Shown here one piece after another: positions 36,951 to 47,441 of a stretch of 64,000 nt of DNA. The notes below the pieces were generated by a model. That model did no database searches, had not been told where the DNA came from, and saw nothing but the letters and a program-made list of their open reading frames with translations. Position 1 is the stretch's first letter. Each line of letters begins with the position of its first letter. A program made the translations under genes and the position numbers. Location: NCBI GenBank assembly GCA_025558095.1, contig JAIVFI010000029.1:434001-498000 (forward strand), read 5' to 3'. Origin of the DNA: Hyaloraphidium curvatum SAG 235-1. Lineage: Eukaryota > Fungi > Monoblepharomycota.

Positions 36951-39911
36951 TTCTCGCAGACGGTCGACGAGCACCTCGTGCACCTGGAGCTCCTCTTTGA
37001 CCGACTGCGCGAGGCCGGGATGACTCTGAAGCTGGCCAAATGCAAGTTCTTCCGCCGCGAGGTCAAATACCTCGGGCATTACGTCACCGCCGACGGCCTC
37101 AAGGTCGACCCCGAGAAGACCCGCGCGGTGGACCAGTTCCCCCGCCCAACGACCAAGAAGGAGCTCCAATCGTTTCTCGGCCTCTCCAACTACTATCGCC
37201 CCTTCATTGCCGGCTACGCCAACATTGCCAGCCCGCTCACCCGCCTGACGCAGGACGGCGTCTCGGTCTCTCGGGCCTGGGACGACGCATGCGAGGCCGC
37301 CTTCCGTATGCTAAAGGAACGGCTTACGTCGGCGCCCGTGCTCCGTCGCCCCGACTTTTCCAAGCGCTTCGTCTTGTTCACGGATGCCAGCGATATCGGC
37401 CTCGGCGCGGTGCTCAGCCAGCGGGACTCCGATGGCAAGGAGTACGTCATCGCCTACGCCAGCCGCGCTCTGCAGCCGAACGAGCGCAAGTGGGACACTC
37501 GGGAGCGCGAAGCCCTGGCCGTTGTTTGGGCATGCGAGCATTTCCGGGCGTGTTTGATCGGGGACGAGTTTGAGGTGGTCACCGACCATAGCGCCCTCAA
37601 ATGGCTCTTGGAGACCTCCAAGCCGGGCCGCCTACAGCGCTGGATCCTCCGGCTCTCGGACTTCAGGTTCCAGATCATCCATCGCTCGGGCAAAGCGAAC
37701 TCCAACGCCGACTTCCTGTCTCGTCAGCTCGTGGCGCCGTCGCCCGACGAGGACGTGCCTATGGGCGACCCCGAGGAAATCTTGGACATCCCTGCCTTTT
37801 GGCCCCCAAACCCTCCCGACCCCTTGCCTTTTTCTTCTTTTTCTGGGGGGGGACGGGCGCCCGGATTCCTCTCCGGGAGTGATCTCGGTCAGACTTCCCG
37901 TTCTTCGTCAACCCCAGTCACCGAGTCAGACTCGGGACGAGCTACTGCGGGTTCCTCAGTCAATTGTGAATCAATGGAGCGAGTGCTGTCTGGCACGGAG
38001 TTCCCGGCCACGGTTGCCGCAGTGGAGGGAACCCTGTGGAGCGATCCGGGGACCCTGCCCGAGGCTGCGGCACCGGAGACGCAGATCCTCCTGCCGATCC
38101 CAACGACGAACGCACAGGTCGACCCGGCAGACGTGCCTGAGCGAGACCTGGCGTTCCTTCATCCGGCACTGCTTGAGGTGCTACCCGATGTCGGGGGCAT
38201 CAGTGCTATTGACCTTGCCGACGTCAGATCCCGGGATGCCCTGCGCAAAGTGCAAGAAGCCGACGTCGAGACCAGCGCGCTGATCCGCTTCGTACGAGAC
38301 GGGGAGCTCCCTCCCAACGTGAATCTGGCCAAATTCTGCAAGAAGTACGGCGAGCAGTACTTCCTCGCTACGGACGGCGTGCTCTGCCGGCGCGATGTAC
38401 TCGCGACTGGTACCCGTCGTATCCCGGTCACCCAGCTCGTGATACCGCACGAGCTGAGGGAGGCCTACCTGCAACGTGCGCACGACGATCCCCTGAGCGG
38501 GCACGTCGGGCGACACCGGGCGTACAGCAATCTGCGGCGCCGCGTATATTGGGTCGGCATGGCGCACGACGTTCGCCGCTGGACGCGAGCCTGCCTTACA
38601 TGCATGACCCGGAAGATGCCTTCGGTATCGAACCAGGGCTTACTGAAATCGGTTCCTCTCACAGGTCCCAACGAGGACATCTACATCGACTACATCGGCG
38701 AGATCAATCCGGCCACGCCCCGCGGCAACAAGTACCTTCTCGTCGTCTACGATCCGTTCACTAAATGGGTCGCGGCGTATCCGACTCCGGACCTCTCTGG
38801 GCCGACGACGGCGAAGCTGCTCTATACGCGATGGATTCTCGAGCACGGTCTTCCGAAGCGGATTCACCACGACAACGCCTCGAACCTGGACAACCATTAC
38901 ATGGAGTACCTGCTCAAGCTACTCGGCATCAACCGGGGCCTGGTCACGGTTGGGCATCCCAGGGCTTCCCTCGCGGAGCGCCCGAACCGGTGGATCATCG
39001 ACGCCCTGAGCGCAGCGGTCTCCAAGAACTACCAGACATGGGACGAGGACATCGTGGGGGTCATCTTTGCCTTCCGGACCTCCATCCACGCGACGACCGG
39101 CGAAACTCCGTTCTTTCTGATGCATGGTCGGGATGCTCGTATTCCGCTCGACCTACTTTACGACGAGACCGAGATTCGCGAGCCAGTGCACCTGCGGGCC
39201 AGCGACGAGGAGGACAAGAAGACAGAGGATGAGCGCCGGCGGACCTACGTCGTGGAGCTCGTGGCGCAGCTTCGTGCGGCCTACGACCTGGTGGCCGAGA
39301 AGATGGCCGCAGCGGCGGAGACTCGGAACGCCAAGGCCAACGCTACCCGGCTTCCGATTACCTTCCGCCCCGGCGACCTCGTGCTCATCTGGGGACCAGA
39401 ACGACCGCGCAAGGGCGAGCCGGGCAAGTTCGTCTCTCGTTATCTTGGGCCCTACCGCATCGAGGAGTCAGGCCACACCGAGCTCACCTGGAAGTGTAGA
39501 CACGTCTACGAGACCGACCACGTCACCACTGTGCATGTGGACCGGCTGGCGCGCTACAAGCCTTGGGAGTCGGCCACCTTCAACGCGCGCTCGTGGAACG
39601 CACGCGCCCCGGAGCTCGCCGCCGGTGAAGAGCTCGATCTCTCGGAACCGGTGAACGAGTTCGAAGAGGAAATCGAGGTCGAGAACGCGCTTGGGAACGA
39701 GCAGGAGTACACCGTCGAGGACATCGTCGGCCACGAGGGCCAGGGTCACGGACTCAAGTTCGAGGTCAAGTGGCGGGGCTTCGCTCGCACGACCAAGCTC
39801 CCTCTGGACATGTTGCACGGCGCCATAGGGATCGTCCGCGCCTATGCCGATCGCGTTGGTCTCCAGCTCCCGACGGGTCTCCCCAGGCGCATGCGGACTC
39901 GGCGTCGCTAG
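36951..39911 (+). CDS. pol: pol 3' half: RT C-terminal part, RNase H, integrase, chromodomain
   Basis: FSQTVDEHLVHL...KCKF...YLGH; TDASDIGLGAVL; HHCC zinc motif; IDYI/HDNA/AERPN (DDE); GPYRI; EYTVEDIVGH...FEVKWRGF. Confidence 0.92.
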   Translation, partial: FSQTVDEHLVHLELLFDRLREAGMTLKLAKCKFFRREVKYLGHYVTADGLKVDPEKTRAVDQFPRPTTKKELQSFLGLSNYYRPFIAGYANIASPLTRLTQDGVSVSRAWDDACEAAFRMLKERLTSAPVLRRPDFSKRFVLFTDASDIGLGAVLSQRDSDGKEYVIAYASRALQPNERKWDTREREALAVVWACEHFRACLIGDEFEVVTDHSALKWLLETSKPGRLQRWILRLSDFRFQIIHRSGKANSNADFLSRQLVAPSPDEDVPMGDPEEILDIPAFWPPNPPDPLPFSSFSGGGRAPGFLSGSDLGQTSRSSSTPVTESDSGRATAGSSVNCESMERVLSGTEFPATVAAVEGTLWSDPGTLPEAAAPETQILLPIPTTNAQVDPADVPERDLAFLHPALLEVLPDVGGISAIDLADVRSRDALRKVQEADVETSALIRFVRDGELPPNVNLAKFCKKYGEQYFLATDGVLCRRDVLATGTRRIPVTQLVIPHELREAYLQRAHDDPLSGHVGRHRAYSNLRRRVYWVGMAHDVRRWTRACLTCMTRKMPSVSNQGLLKSVPLTGPNEDIYIDYIGEINPATPRGNKYLLVVYDPFTKWVAAYPTPDLSGPTTAKLLYTRWILEHGLPKRIHHDNASNLDNHYMEYLLKLLGINRGLVTVGHPRASLAERPNRWIIDALSAAVSKNYQTWDEDIVGVIFAFRTSIHATTGETPFFLMHGRDARIPLDLLYDETEIREPVHLRASDEEDKKTEDERRRTYVVELVAQLRAAYDLVAEKMAAAAETRNAKANATRLPITFRPGDLVLIWGPERPRKGEPGKFVSRYLGPYRIEESGHTELTWKCRHVYETDHVTTVHVDRLARYKPWESATFNARSWNARAPELAAGEELDLSEPVNEFEEEIEVENALGNEQEYTVEDIVGHEGQGHGLKFEVKWRGFARTTKLPLDMLHGAIGIVRAYADRVGLQLPTGLPRRMRTRRR

Positions 39912-39981
39912 TAACACCAACGACGTCTATCCGGTCACAGCACTACCATCTCTGTGCTCCGATCCCCGGCTTTTCACTGAC

Positions 39982-41090
39982 TCAAACCCGACGTACTACC
40001 TCGAGCCTATCCTCGACCCCCTCGAACGCCAACTTGTGATACCCGGACTGAAAATGCGTGTTCAGATTGCCCAGGAGGCCCTTAGCCTTGTGCTTTACCA
40101 GATGGCACCACGGGAACGAGCATACCGCCACTTCGCCCTTGGTGGGGCTCCGGTACAGTTCGCCGGCGTACGTTCCGGCAATCTTCCATCGGAGGAAGGA
40201 GCCTGCCGGCACGGCATCAGGGACCTTCTTCGTCACCCGTTCCGCCTTCAAGCCCCAGACCGGCGACGACTTCTTCATCTGGCACATTCAGTGACGATCA
40301 GCGCTTGTGGGGCGTACTCCCGTCGAGCCGTTCACCTGCGCAATCTGCTCCCGGGCCTCCCCGCGCTGCACCACATGCCCCTCGTCTTTACCTGAAGTTG
40401 CCGTTTGGGCCGTCTGGAAGGCGCTCCCTTGTTCAGTGGCGGCCTCGAAGTCGCCTAAGTGGTCCAGCTCCCAAGAGGGCGCATGAAGCGTGACTGACAG
40501 CACGGGGACTTCGTCGGCCGCCTCGAGCTCCTCCCTCGAGTCCGCCGCCGACTCGCCCTCGCCGACGGAAGGCGCACCCTTCGACGACATCGCCGGCAGG
40601 AAGACGCCGGAGGTCCGGGTTGCGGCCGCGGCCGCGATCGGGTCGTTGCCTCTGGCCCCGCCAGCCTCGCGCAGCTTGGCGGTCCCGCCGGCCTCGCGCA
40701 GCTCGGCGACGAGCCGACGGAGCACTCGGACCTCGACAACGACGTTCCCAGCCTCTTCGGCCAGCGGCAACATCCCGCGCATGGCGGCCAGACGCACCAG
40801 TTGCAGGAAGCAGTCGACCACGTCGTCCTCCTGGCGCGGCGCTGAGCTCCCGTTCGAGGACCACGCCGCTACGCTCTTACCTTGGTGCACAGCAGGACGT
40901 CGAAGGTCGGCAACCGAACCTCGAACCACGAACTCGGCGGGACGACGTTCGGCAGCTCCGCACTCATGACAGGCGCGGAGATCCCCCCAGCTCTTCTGGA
41001 CCCTACGTCGCGATCCCCCGCGAGCGCTTTCGTCGACGCAATGGCGTACGGCCCTCGCTCGCGCCCCGTCCCCCGTGGCGGGGACTGGTG
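39982..41090 (-). CDS. Accessory ORF of the retroelement with C-terminal BED/C2H2-like zinc finger (one in-frame TGA at 40288)
   Basis: The frame continues ...SADRH*MCQMKK...VCSFPWC...GNLNTHFQSGYH; antisense to the integrase half. Confidence 0.45.
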
Positions 41091-41094
41091 ACCC

Positions 41095-43191
41095 GGTGTA
41101 AATGTCGTCGATGAAGACCACCAAGCAGTACCACTGGAGGCCGGCGAGGAGCTCGTCCATGATCCGAGCAAAGGTTGCAGGAGCGTTGGTAAAGCCCATG
41201 GCCATCCGCTCCCACTGGTAGAGACCGCGGTGCGTCGTGAAGGCCGTCTTTTCCTTGTCCTCGTCGGCCACCTCCACGTGCCAAAAGCCGGAGCGGATGT
41301 CGCAAACGCTCCACACCTTGGCCGCGCTGAGGAGAGCGAGAGTGTCGCTTGGGTTCTTCATCGGGTAGACGTCGCGCTTGGTGGCGGCGTTGAGCTTCCG
41401 GTAATCGATCACCAGGCGCCATTCGCCCGAGCCGTGCCCTTTTGGCACCATGATGCAGGGCGTGGCCCAGGGGCTTCGCGAGGGGACGACTACGCCCTGC
41501 ACGAGCAGGTCGTCGATGATCTTGTCCATTTCCCCGCGAAGCCGGAACGGGGTCCGGTACGGCATCTGGTGGATCGGCTTGAGGTCGCCCGTGTCGATCC
41601 GGAAGCGATGGTTGCGCAGCTTGCCGATCCAAGGACCAAACACGTCCCGGTAGCGGTCGCAGAGCTTATGGAAACGAGGTTTGTCCCCCTCGCTCAGGAT
41701 CGTTTGGTCCATCTTGAGCTCGATAGCCTCGACCGGAGGAGGCTCCACGCCGGGAGGCTGAGGTGGTCCAATCGATCCCGGCGAGGGCACCGCGAACAGA
41801 TCGATGGTCTCCTCGACCGTGAGCGTGGATTCGGCCGGTTCGGTGTGGGGCAGCTCGGGCTCCAGCATCGAGATCTGCGCGGGAGCCAGATACGTGGGCG
41901 GTTCCGGAGCGAGAAATCCAGGAATCCGCACGCGGAAGCGGCCGAGGTGGGTGCCCGGGCCGATCGTGACCGGTGTCGTCCCGTAGTTGCGGATGAGAAT
42001 CGGCAGCCGACCGTCTCTGTCGGGCGTCGCCGACGGGATGATGAAGAGGCGATCGAACGGCGAAGTGTTCGGCGTCTCGATGACCCCTGTCAAGTCCATC
42101 TCCACGACGGTCGCCAAGGGAGTCGTCGGGGCCAGCTCAGCGGTGATCGAGACGTCCTCGTTGGGGTAGACCGTGATGGAGGTGGTTGAATGGAGCGGGG
42201 CGACCAGGTGTGATCCGAAGAGCGGTCGCGCAACAATGTGCATTGGCACGACGACCCCCTCCGGATCGTCCTTGAAATAGAGGACCGGCGTCTCCCAGTC
42301 CATCTGAACGCGTAGGGCGGAGAGCCAAGGGGTGCCGAGGATCACGTCGTCCATGAGACCGTCCATGATGGCGACGTCCATGACGCAGTGTTGATTCCCG
42401 ACCAGGATGTCCATCTTAGCAACTCCGCGGACCCACATGGTTCCGCCGGCCGCGGCCGTGCTGAGGGTGCCGAGTGTCCATGGTTTGATCGGTGGCGACG
42501 GGTGGATCCGGCAGAAGAAGGACGACCGAACCGCCACCACTGAGGCACCGGAGTCGACGAGGGCCGCGGGGGTATTCACGCCGTTGACCCATGCGGAAAC
42601 GCGTGCCGCCTGATAGTGGAACTGCACTTGCGAAGTCCACGTCCAGCGATCCGGCGGAGGGGCGACCGGAGCAGGTGGCCGCGGGCGAGGCCGAGGGCCA
42701 GGCAGCGGTGGTCGTGCGTAGGCGGAAGGAGGAGGGGGCCTTTCGAAAGGTCCGGGAACGGCGCGGACGGTCGGGCCCTCGTGCATAGGTGCATCCGCTG
42801 ATCCCGCGTCCGCATCCTGTGCCGCCGGTTCACCGTTTCCCACGACCTCGACCGAGCCGGGCGACGCCGAATCCGCTGCCGGCGGCGGGGCCAGGGTCTC
42901 GTCGATCGGCATGAGCGCCTCCCGCTGCTGACGAACGGCGGCCTGTCGAGCTGCCTCCGCCTCGAGGAAGAGGATGTACTCCGTGCCCCCGAAGGGCCAA
43001 TGATGAACGTGGTCCTCCGCCGTCGGTTCATCGGTCGCGGAATCCGACAACTCCGGCGATCCGCCAGGAGATGAAGGGTCCGTGCCGTCCGGCAGCGGGG
43101 AAGTTCCAGGAAGAGGTTCCACATGTGGTTCAAGAGCTTGGATCTCTGCCCCCCTATGGCCGTGCGGCACTGAGGGCAAAGCTAGTTTTTT
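41095..43191 (-). CDS. pol: pol 5' half: aspartic protease, dUTPase-like spacer, RT N-terminal part ending at FIDDIYT
   Basis: ALVDSGAS; SPWATP, WRLVIDYRKLN, DIRSGFWHV, KTAF, MAMGFTNAPATF, FIDD. Confidence 0.92.
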
Positions 43192-44837
43192 GGCATCGAA
43201 GGGGTGTTGCCGAGGCGAGACTTCCAGTTGAGTGGGCGGCGGTTGGCATTCTTCTCCAACTCCCAGCACTCGTCCTGAGCATGCCCATCCATGCCACAGA
43301 GATGGCAGTGGCGAGGCTGGAAGCGCTTCTGGTCGCGGTACTCCGAGGTGAAGGGCCGGCGATCCTGGCGCTCCTGCTGCTGGCGGGGCCGATCGATCGG
43401 AGGAGGCCTCGCGGGGGGGTTCGGCCTGGTCTCCGCGGCCTGAACCTGATGGCGAGGCGACGGCAGCAGCTTGGTGATGAGCTCCTTGATCTCGACGAGG
43501 TCGCTGTTCGGCCCCGAAGGCGGCAACGGCTGGCTCCGACGAGACTGGAAGGGGACGAAACGGCGCGGAGGCCGGAACGCAGACTCCCCCGGCGGTCCAC
43601 CGGTGGGCCTGCGCTCTCCCTTAGGCTCCAGCAGCTTTGTGAGAGCCTGCGTATGAGCCAGCAGCACTTCCGTCGTCGCCTTGTCGGTCGCCTTGGAGGA
43701 GCCCGAAGACGAGTGCTGGCCGACCAGAGCCGGAATCTCCGAAATCGAGTTCTGGCCCAGGAAACGGATGTCGCGCGGCTGCGCAGGGCCCGATGCTTGC
43801 ATGACGGTGCGCATCTTCTCGATGACCTTGGTGACGGAAGTGCGGTTGATGAGGTGATCCCCGAGGAGCTCCAGCGCCTTCCCGCGTAGCTCCGGGCGCA
43901 GTCCGTAGAGCAGGTTCTGGCCGTACACGCTGTCTTGCACTTCCCTGGTAGGAAGCTGATCGCCGCAGTGCGAGAGGAAACGCGTCTCGGCCAGGGATAC
44001 GCGGGCAACGAAGGCGTCGAGGGTCTCATCGTTGGTCATCTGAATCGTGTTGTAGTGCCGGCGATAATGCATCGATGCGTCGCGGGGCTCGAAGTGGTAG
44101 CGTAGCCAGGCAAGCACATCGTTCTGGGTCACCGGAGGATAGGTGGCCGTCGCGGGATAGTCCGGAGGGCGGTTCTGCGGCGTGATGTTGTGCCACATTG
44201 CGCGCGGCAGAGGCCCAAGGAAGACCGGGAAGACCTTGACGAGGTTGTTGATGGAGCCGAACGCCGTGAGAACCGTAGTGAGGTCGCGGAAGAAGTCTTC
44301 CGGGTCCTGCGTAGCGGGATCGAAGGGCTGAACAGAAGCAGGCAGCAGCTGAGCCGGGAGCTTGGCGGCTCCGCCCTGGCGATCCGCCTGGGGGAGGCCG
44401 GTGCTTCCATCGTTCGGCGGCTGAGCGCCAACGATGGCCCGTACGGCGTCGACGAACTGCTGCGGCTGGAGACCAGCGGCGGCAGCGTTGACAGCCGGGG
44501 CTTGCTCGCTCCGCTGACCCTGCTGCTGTGCGGCGAGCTGCTGGAGCTGCTGCGCTGCAAGCTGCTCGGCGGCGGCTTGCTGTTGAACTTGGGCAGCTGG
44601 CAACTGCTGAGCGGTCTGTTGCGCCACGAGCTGAGCGGCAAGCTGATCGGCGACGGCTTGCTGGGCGGCTTGCTGGGCGGCGAGTTGGGCGACGTCGTTG
44701 GCGGCGGCGCCGACTTGCTGGATCGCGGCCTGCGCAGCTTGGATAATCGCCTGGGCCTGCGGGTTGTTCTGCAAATCGTTAGCTTCCTGAGGCTGCTGAA
44801 CCTCCTGCTGAGGGGCGGCTTCTTGAACGGGGTCCAT
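43182..44837 (-). CDS. gag: Gag with Gln/Ala-rich N-terminus and CCHC zinc knuckle
   Basis: QMTNDETLDAFVARV, GLRPELR, CHLCGMDGHAQDEC. Confidence 0.88.
   Translation of the reverse strand: MDPVQEAAPQQEVQQPQEANDLQNNPQAQAIIQAAQAAIQQVGAAANDVAQLAAQQAAQQAVADQLAAQLVAQQTAQQLPAAQVQQQAAAEQLAAQQLQQLAAQQQGQRSEQAPAVNAAAAGLQPQQFVDAVRAIVGAQPPNDGSTGLPQADRQGGAAKLPAQLLPASVQPFDPATQDPEDFFRDLTTVLTAFGSINNLVKVFPVFLGPLPRAMWHNITPQNRPPDYPATATYPPVTQNDVLAWLRYHFEPRDASMHYRRHYNTIQMTNDETLDAFVARVSLAETRFLSHCGDQLPTREVQDSVYGQNLLYGLRPELRGKALELLGDHLINRTSVTKVIEKMRTVMQASGPAQPRDIRFLGQNSISEIPALVGQHSSSGSSKATDKATTEVLLAHTQALTKLLEPKGERRPTGGPPGESAFRPPRRFVPFQSRRSQPLPPSGPNSDLVEIKELITKLLPSPRHQVQAAETRPNPPARPPPIDRPRQQQERQDRRPFTSEYRDQKRFQPRHCHLCGMDGHAQDECWELEKNANRRPLNWKSRLGNTPSMPKN
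43185..43191 (-). promoter_or_regulatory. -1 ribosomal frameshift slippery heptamer A AAA AAC (gag-pol)
   Basis: CCA AAA AAC TAG ends gag; pol lies in the -1 frame (..DAKKLA..). Confidence 0.8.
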
Positions 44838-44992
44838 GTTTGGCGAAGGGGAATGAACTTGGTTGACGGAATACGGTTGACAGAAAAGAGTGGCAGTCGA
44901 CAAGCGCCGGTGCCAGGCGAAGTTGTTTTTGGATTATCGAAGTCGAAACTGAAGTCGAACGAGGTGTCGAAGACCCGAGAGCAGGATCACGG

Positions 44993-45003
44993 AGGTCGGA
45001 CCA
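44993..45003 (-). promoter_or_regulatory. Primer-binding site TGGTCCGACCT (likely tRNA-Tyr 3' end)
   Basis: Begins 1 nt after the LTR terminal CA; complementary to ...AGGUCGGACCA. The tRNA identity is from recall of tRNA-Tyr acceptor stems. Confidence 0.7.
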
Positions 45004-45004
45004 G

Positions 45005-45480
45005 TGCGACGGTCCGGGTCGGAACCGGGCCTGAAGCTCTAACCCGGCGCGCGAATCCCGCTCGGCTCTTCGGGTCGGATAGGCCCTGAATATGAATAAG
45101 CGAACAGCGCTGAAGATACTTGACTGTAGCCGGGGGAAAGAGGTTACGGGATGTCTCCCGGGGTGCGTCCCAAGGGCTCTCAGAACGAGGATCCGGCCGG
45201 GCGGGGTTCCGCACGGTGGTCGAACGACACGGAGAGCACGTAGAGTCAACTGGCGATCAAGATTGTACTGTTACATGTCCCGCTCTTTATATATCCCAGG
45301 AGGGTGGCTGTGCCGAGTCACTTGCGAGTCGCTCGCGAGTCGCTCGCGAGTGACTCGCGAGTCACTCGCGAGTCGATCGCGAGTCGATCACGAGTCGATC
45401 GCGAGGACCGACGCCTCCACGCCTCCGAACCGAAAATGAAAATACCCTTGTCCGAATGTCAGACGTCCTGTACCTTCGCA
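45005..45480 (-). repeat. 5' LTR (476 bp)
   Basis: Starts TGCGAAGGT and ends ACCGTCGCA (8/9 inverted match, TG...CA); contains a CTCGCGAG tandem array (45314-45405) and TATATAAAG (~45285-45293). Confidence 0.8.
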
Positions 45481-45582
45481 GGACGGCCGCGTGACTGCCG
45501 GCCGAGACCCACGCGGCGCCGGCAAAAACGCGATCAGCGCGAGGAGCGCGAACAGGAGGACGGTGAGGCGGCGGGGAGCCAT
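45481..45582 (-). pseudogene. Truncated secreted peptide gene copy (exon 1 only), cut by the LTR
   Basis: Matches 46897-46998; homology stops exactly at the LTR TG. Confidence 0.8.
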
Positions 45583-46025
45583 CGCGGTTTAGGTGTCGTT
45601 TGCGGGGGTGTGCAGGTTCGGTCCGAGCGGCGAGGCCTTGTCGGGCCGAATGCTGCGGGCTGGAGATGACGGACGTAGTAGTCACCAGTCCCTGAACTAG
45701 AGAGGTTCTACCGACGCTCGAAACTGTTTATCGGTTACACAAAGTGTGTCAGGGTAGACTGCCGGCTCCGATCGGAGCGTGATTGGAGCCATTTGGTGTT
45801 CCCCGACGTCGCCAGGTGGCCTGCCAAGGGACCTTAATTGCCGCTTCCCGTTTCAGTCAGGGCACGGCGTCGGGACGGTCCATCAAGCATCTGACGCGGC
45901 GACAGCACGTAACAAAACAAGCAGGCGTCCTTTCGTCGGTCGACGCTGCGCTTCTGTATGGAAGCCCGCAGAAACACCGGTCGCGAAAACTCTCGGGCTC
46001 CCCGTCCACCTTTGCAACATCCCGT

Positions 46026-46371
46026 TTACACCGGCACACGGCGCTCCAGCCCCTTGTCTGCCTCGTAGATGCAGCTGACCATGCCGTCGACCGCGCCGAC
46101 GCCTGCGGTGGCGCGAGTGAGTGACTCGCCGGAGTCGGTGCGGGCGCCGGAACGAACAGCGCTCGCCCTCGACGCACTCGGCGCACGAGGATCTCTTGAC
46201 GATCCGGGCGTCCCCGGTGGGGGCGGCGTTGCTGTGGGAGGGGGCCGGGCGAGTCAGGGGACGTTGAGGGATCGCTGTGGCGCGCCACGGCGGGACCCAC
46301 GCGGCGCCGGCGAAGAGCGCGATCAGCGCGAAGAGCGCGAAAAGGAGGACGGTGAAGCGGCGGGGGGCCAT
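46026..46371 (-). CDS. Secreted 4-Cys prepropeptide, copy A1 (3 exons, 73 aa)
   Basis: Spliced: MAPRRFTVLLFALFALIALFAGAANAAPTGDARIVKR-SSCAECVEGERCVGAVDGMVSCIYEADKGLERRVPV; GT-AG introns of 69 and 55 nt; 222+124=346 nt. Confidence 0.85.
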
Positions 46372-46648
46372 GGCGGCGCTTGGCTGCGGAAGGCAATTTG
46401 GAGTCTCTGGGGGATGGGGAGGCTGGTGTCGAAGGGTCACAGGTCCCTGACCGAACAAGTGCCCCGACCCTCCAATCTTCTTCCGCGTCAGTCAAGAGAT
46501 GGTGTGGGCGACAAAGTTAAGGAAAGGCGACATGTTGGACCCCGGCTTTACATTGGAACCCTCTGTAAGCACTCTTTGAGATAACTGTTGAAAGCCAACG
46601 CTTGGGAAACAGCGCTTGAAGCTCCGCATAACCTCTGCACCCTCTTGT

Positions 46649-46998
46649 TTATACCGGCGTGCGGCGCTCCAGCCCCGTGTCGGCCTCGTAGATACAGCTG
46701 ACCATACCGTCGACCGCGGCGACGCCTGCGGGCGGGTTACCGCGTGAGGGGCCCGCGAGAACCGGTGCGGGTCAAGGAACCCACAGCGCTCGCCCTCGAC
46801 GCACTCGGCGCACGAAGACCTTTTGACGATGCGGACGTCCGGGGCGGGGGCGGCGGTGCTGTGGTTGGGCAGGGTGTGTGGCGTCAGGAGCATGAGGGAC
46901 GGCCGCGTGACTGCCGGCCGAGACCCACGCGGCGCCGGCAAAAACGCGATCAGCGCGAGGAGCGCGAACAGGAGGACGGTGAGGCGGCGGGGAGCCAT
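46649..46998 (-). CDS. Secreted 4-Cys prepropeptide, copy B (1-nt deletion in exon 1)
   Basis: Core SSCAECVEGERCVAAVDGMVSCIYEADTGLERRTPV; the frame is restored only if the 70-nt intron 1 is retained. Confidence 0.7.
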
Positions 46999-47441
46999 CG
47001 CGGTTTAGGTGTCGTTTGCGGGGGTGTGCAGGTTCGGTCCGAGCGGCGAGGCCTTGTCGGGCCGAATGCTGCGGGCTGGAGATGACGGACGTAGTAGTCA
47101 CCAGTCCCTGAACTAGAGAGGTTCTACCGACGCTCGAAACTGTTTATCGGTTACACAAAGTGTGTCAGGGTAGACTGCCGGCTCCGATCGGAGCGTGATT
47201 GGAGCCATTTGGTGTTCCCCGACGTCGCCAGGTGGCCTGCCAAGGGACCTTAATTGCCGCTTCCCGTTTCAGTCAGGGCACGGCGTCGGGACGGTCCATC
47301 AAGCATCTGACGCGGCGACAGCACGTAACAAAACAAGCAGGCGTCCTTTCGTCGGTCGACGCTGCGCTTCTGTATGGAAGCCCGCAGAAACACCGGTCGC
47401 GAAAACTCTCGGGCTCCCCGTCCACCTTTGCAACATCCCGT

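Larger units (their letters stand above)
36635..45480 (-). mobile_element. Ty3/Gypsy chromovirus LTR retrotransposon, internally inverted; 3' LTR not visible
   Basis: LTR, PBS, gag with CCHC, protease, RT, RNase H, integrase and chromodomain are all present; its right end interrupts a peptide gene copy at 45480/45481. Left boundary uncertain. Confidence 0.9.

Noticed and set aside
35287-37169. ORFs spanning the N run
   Set aside because: Artefacts of translating through the assembly gap.
40288-43269. 993-aa ORF as a genuine single protein
   Set aside because: It is the pol 5' half fused across the inversion junction to an unrelated antisense frame.
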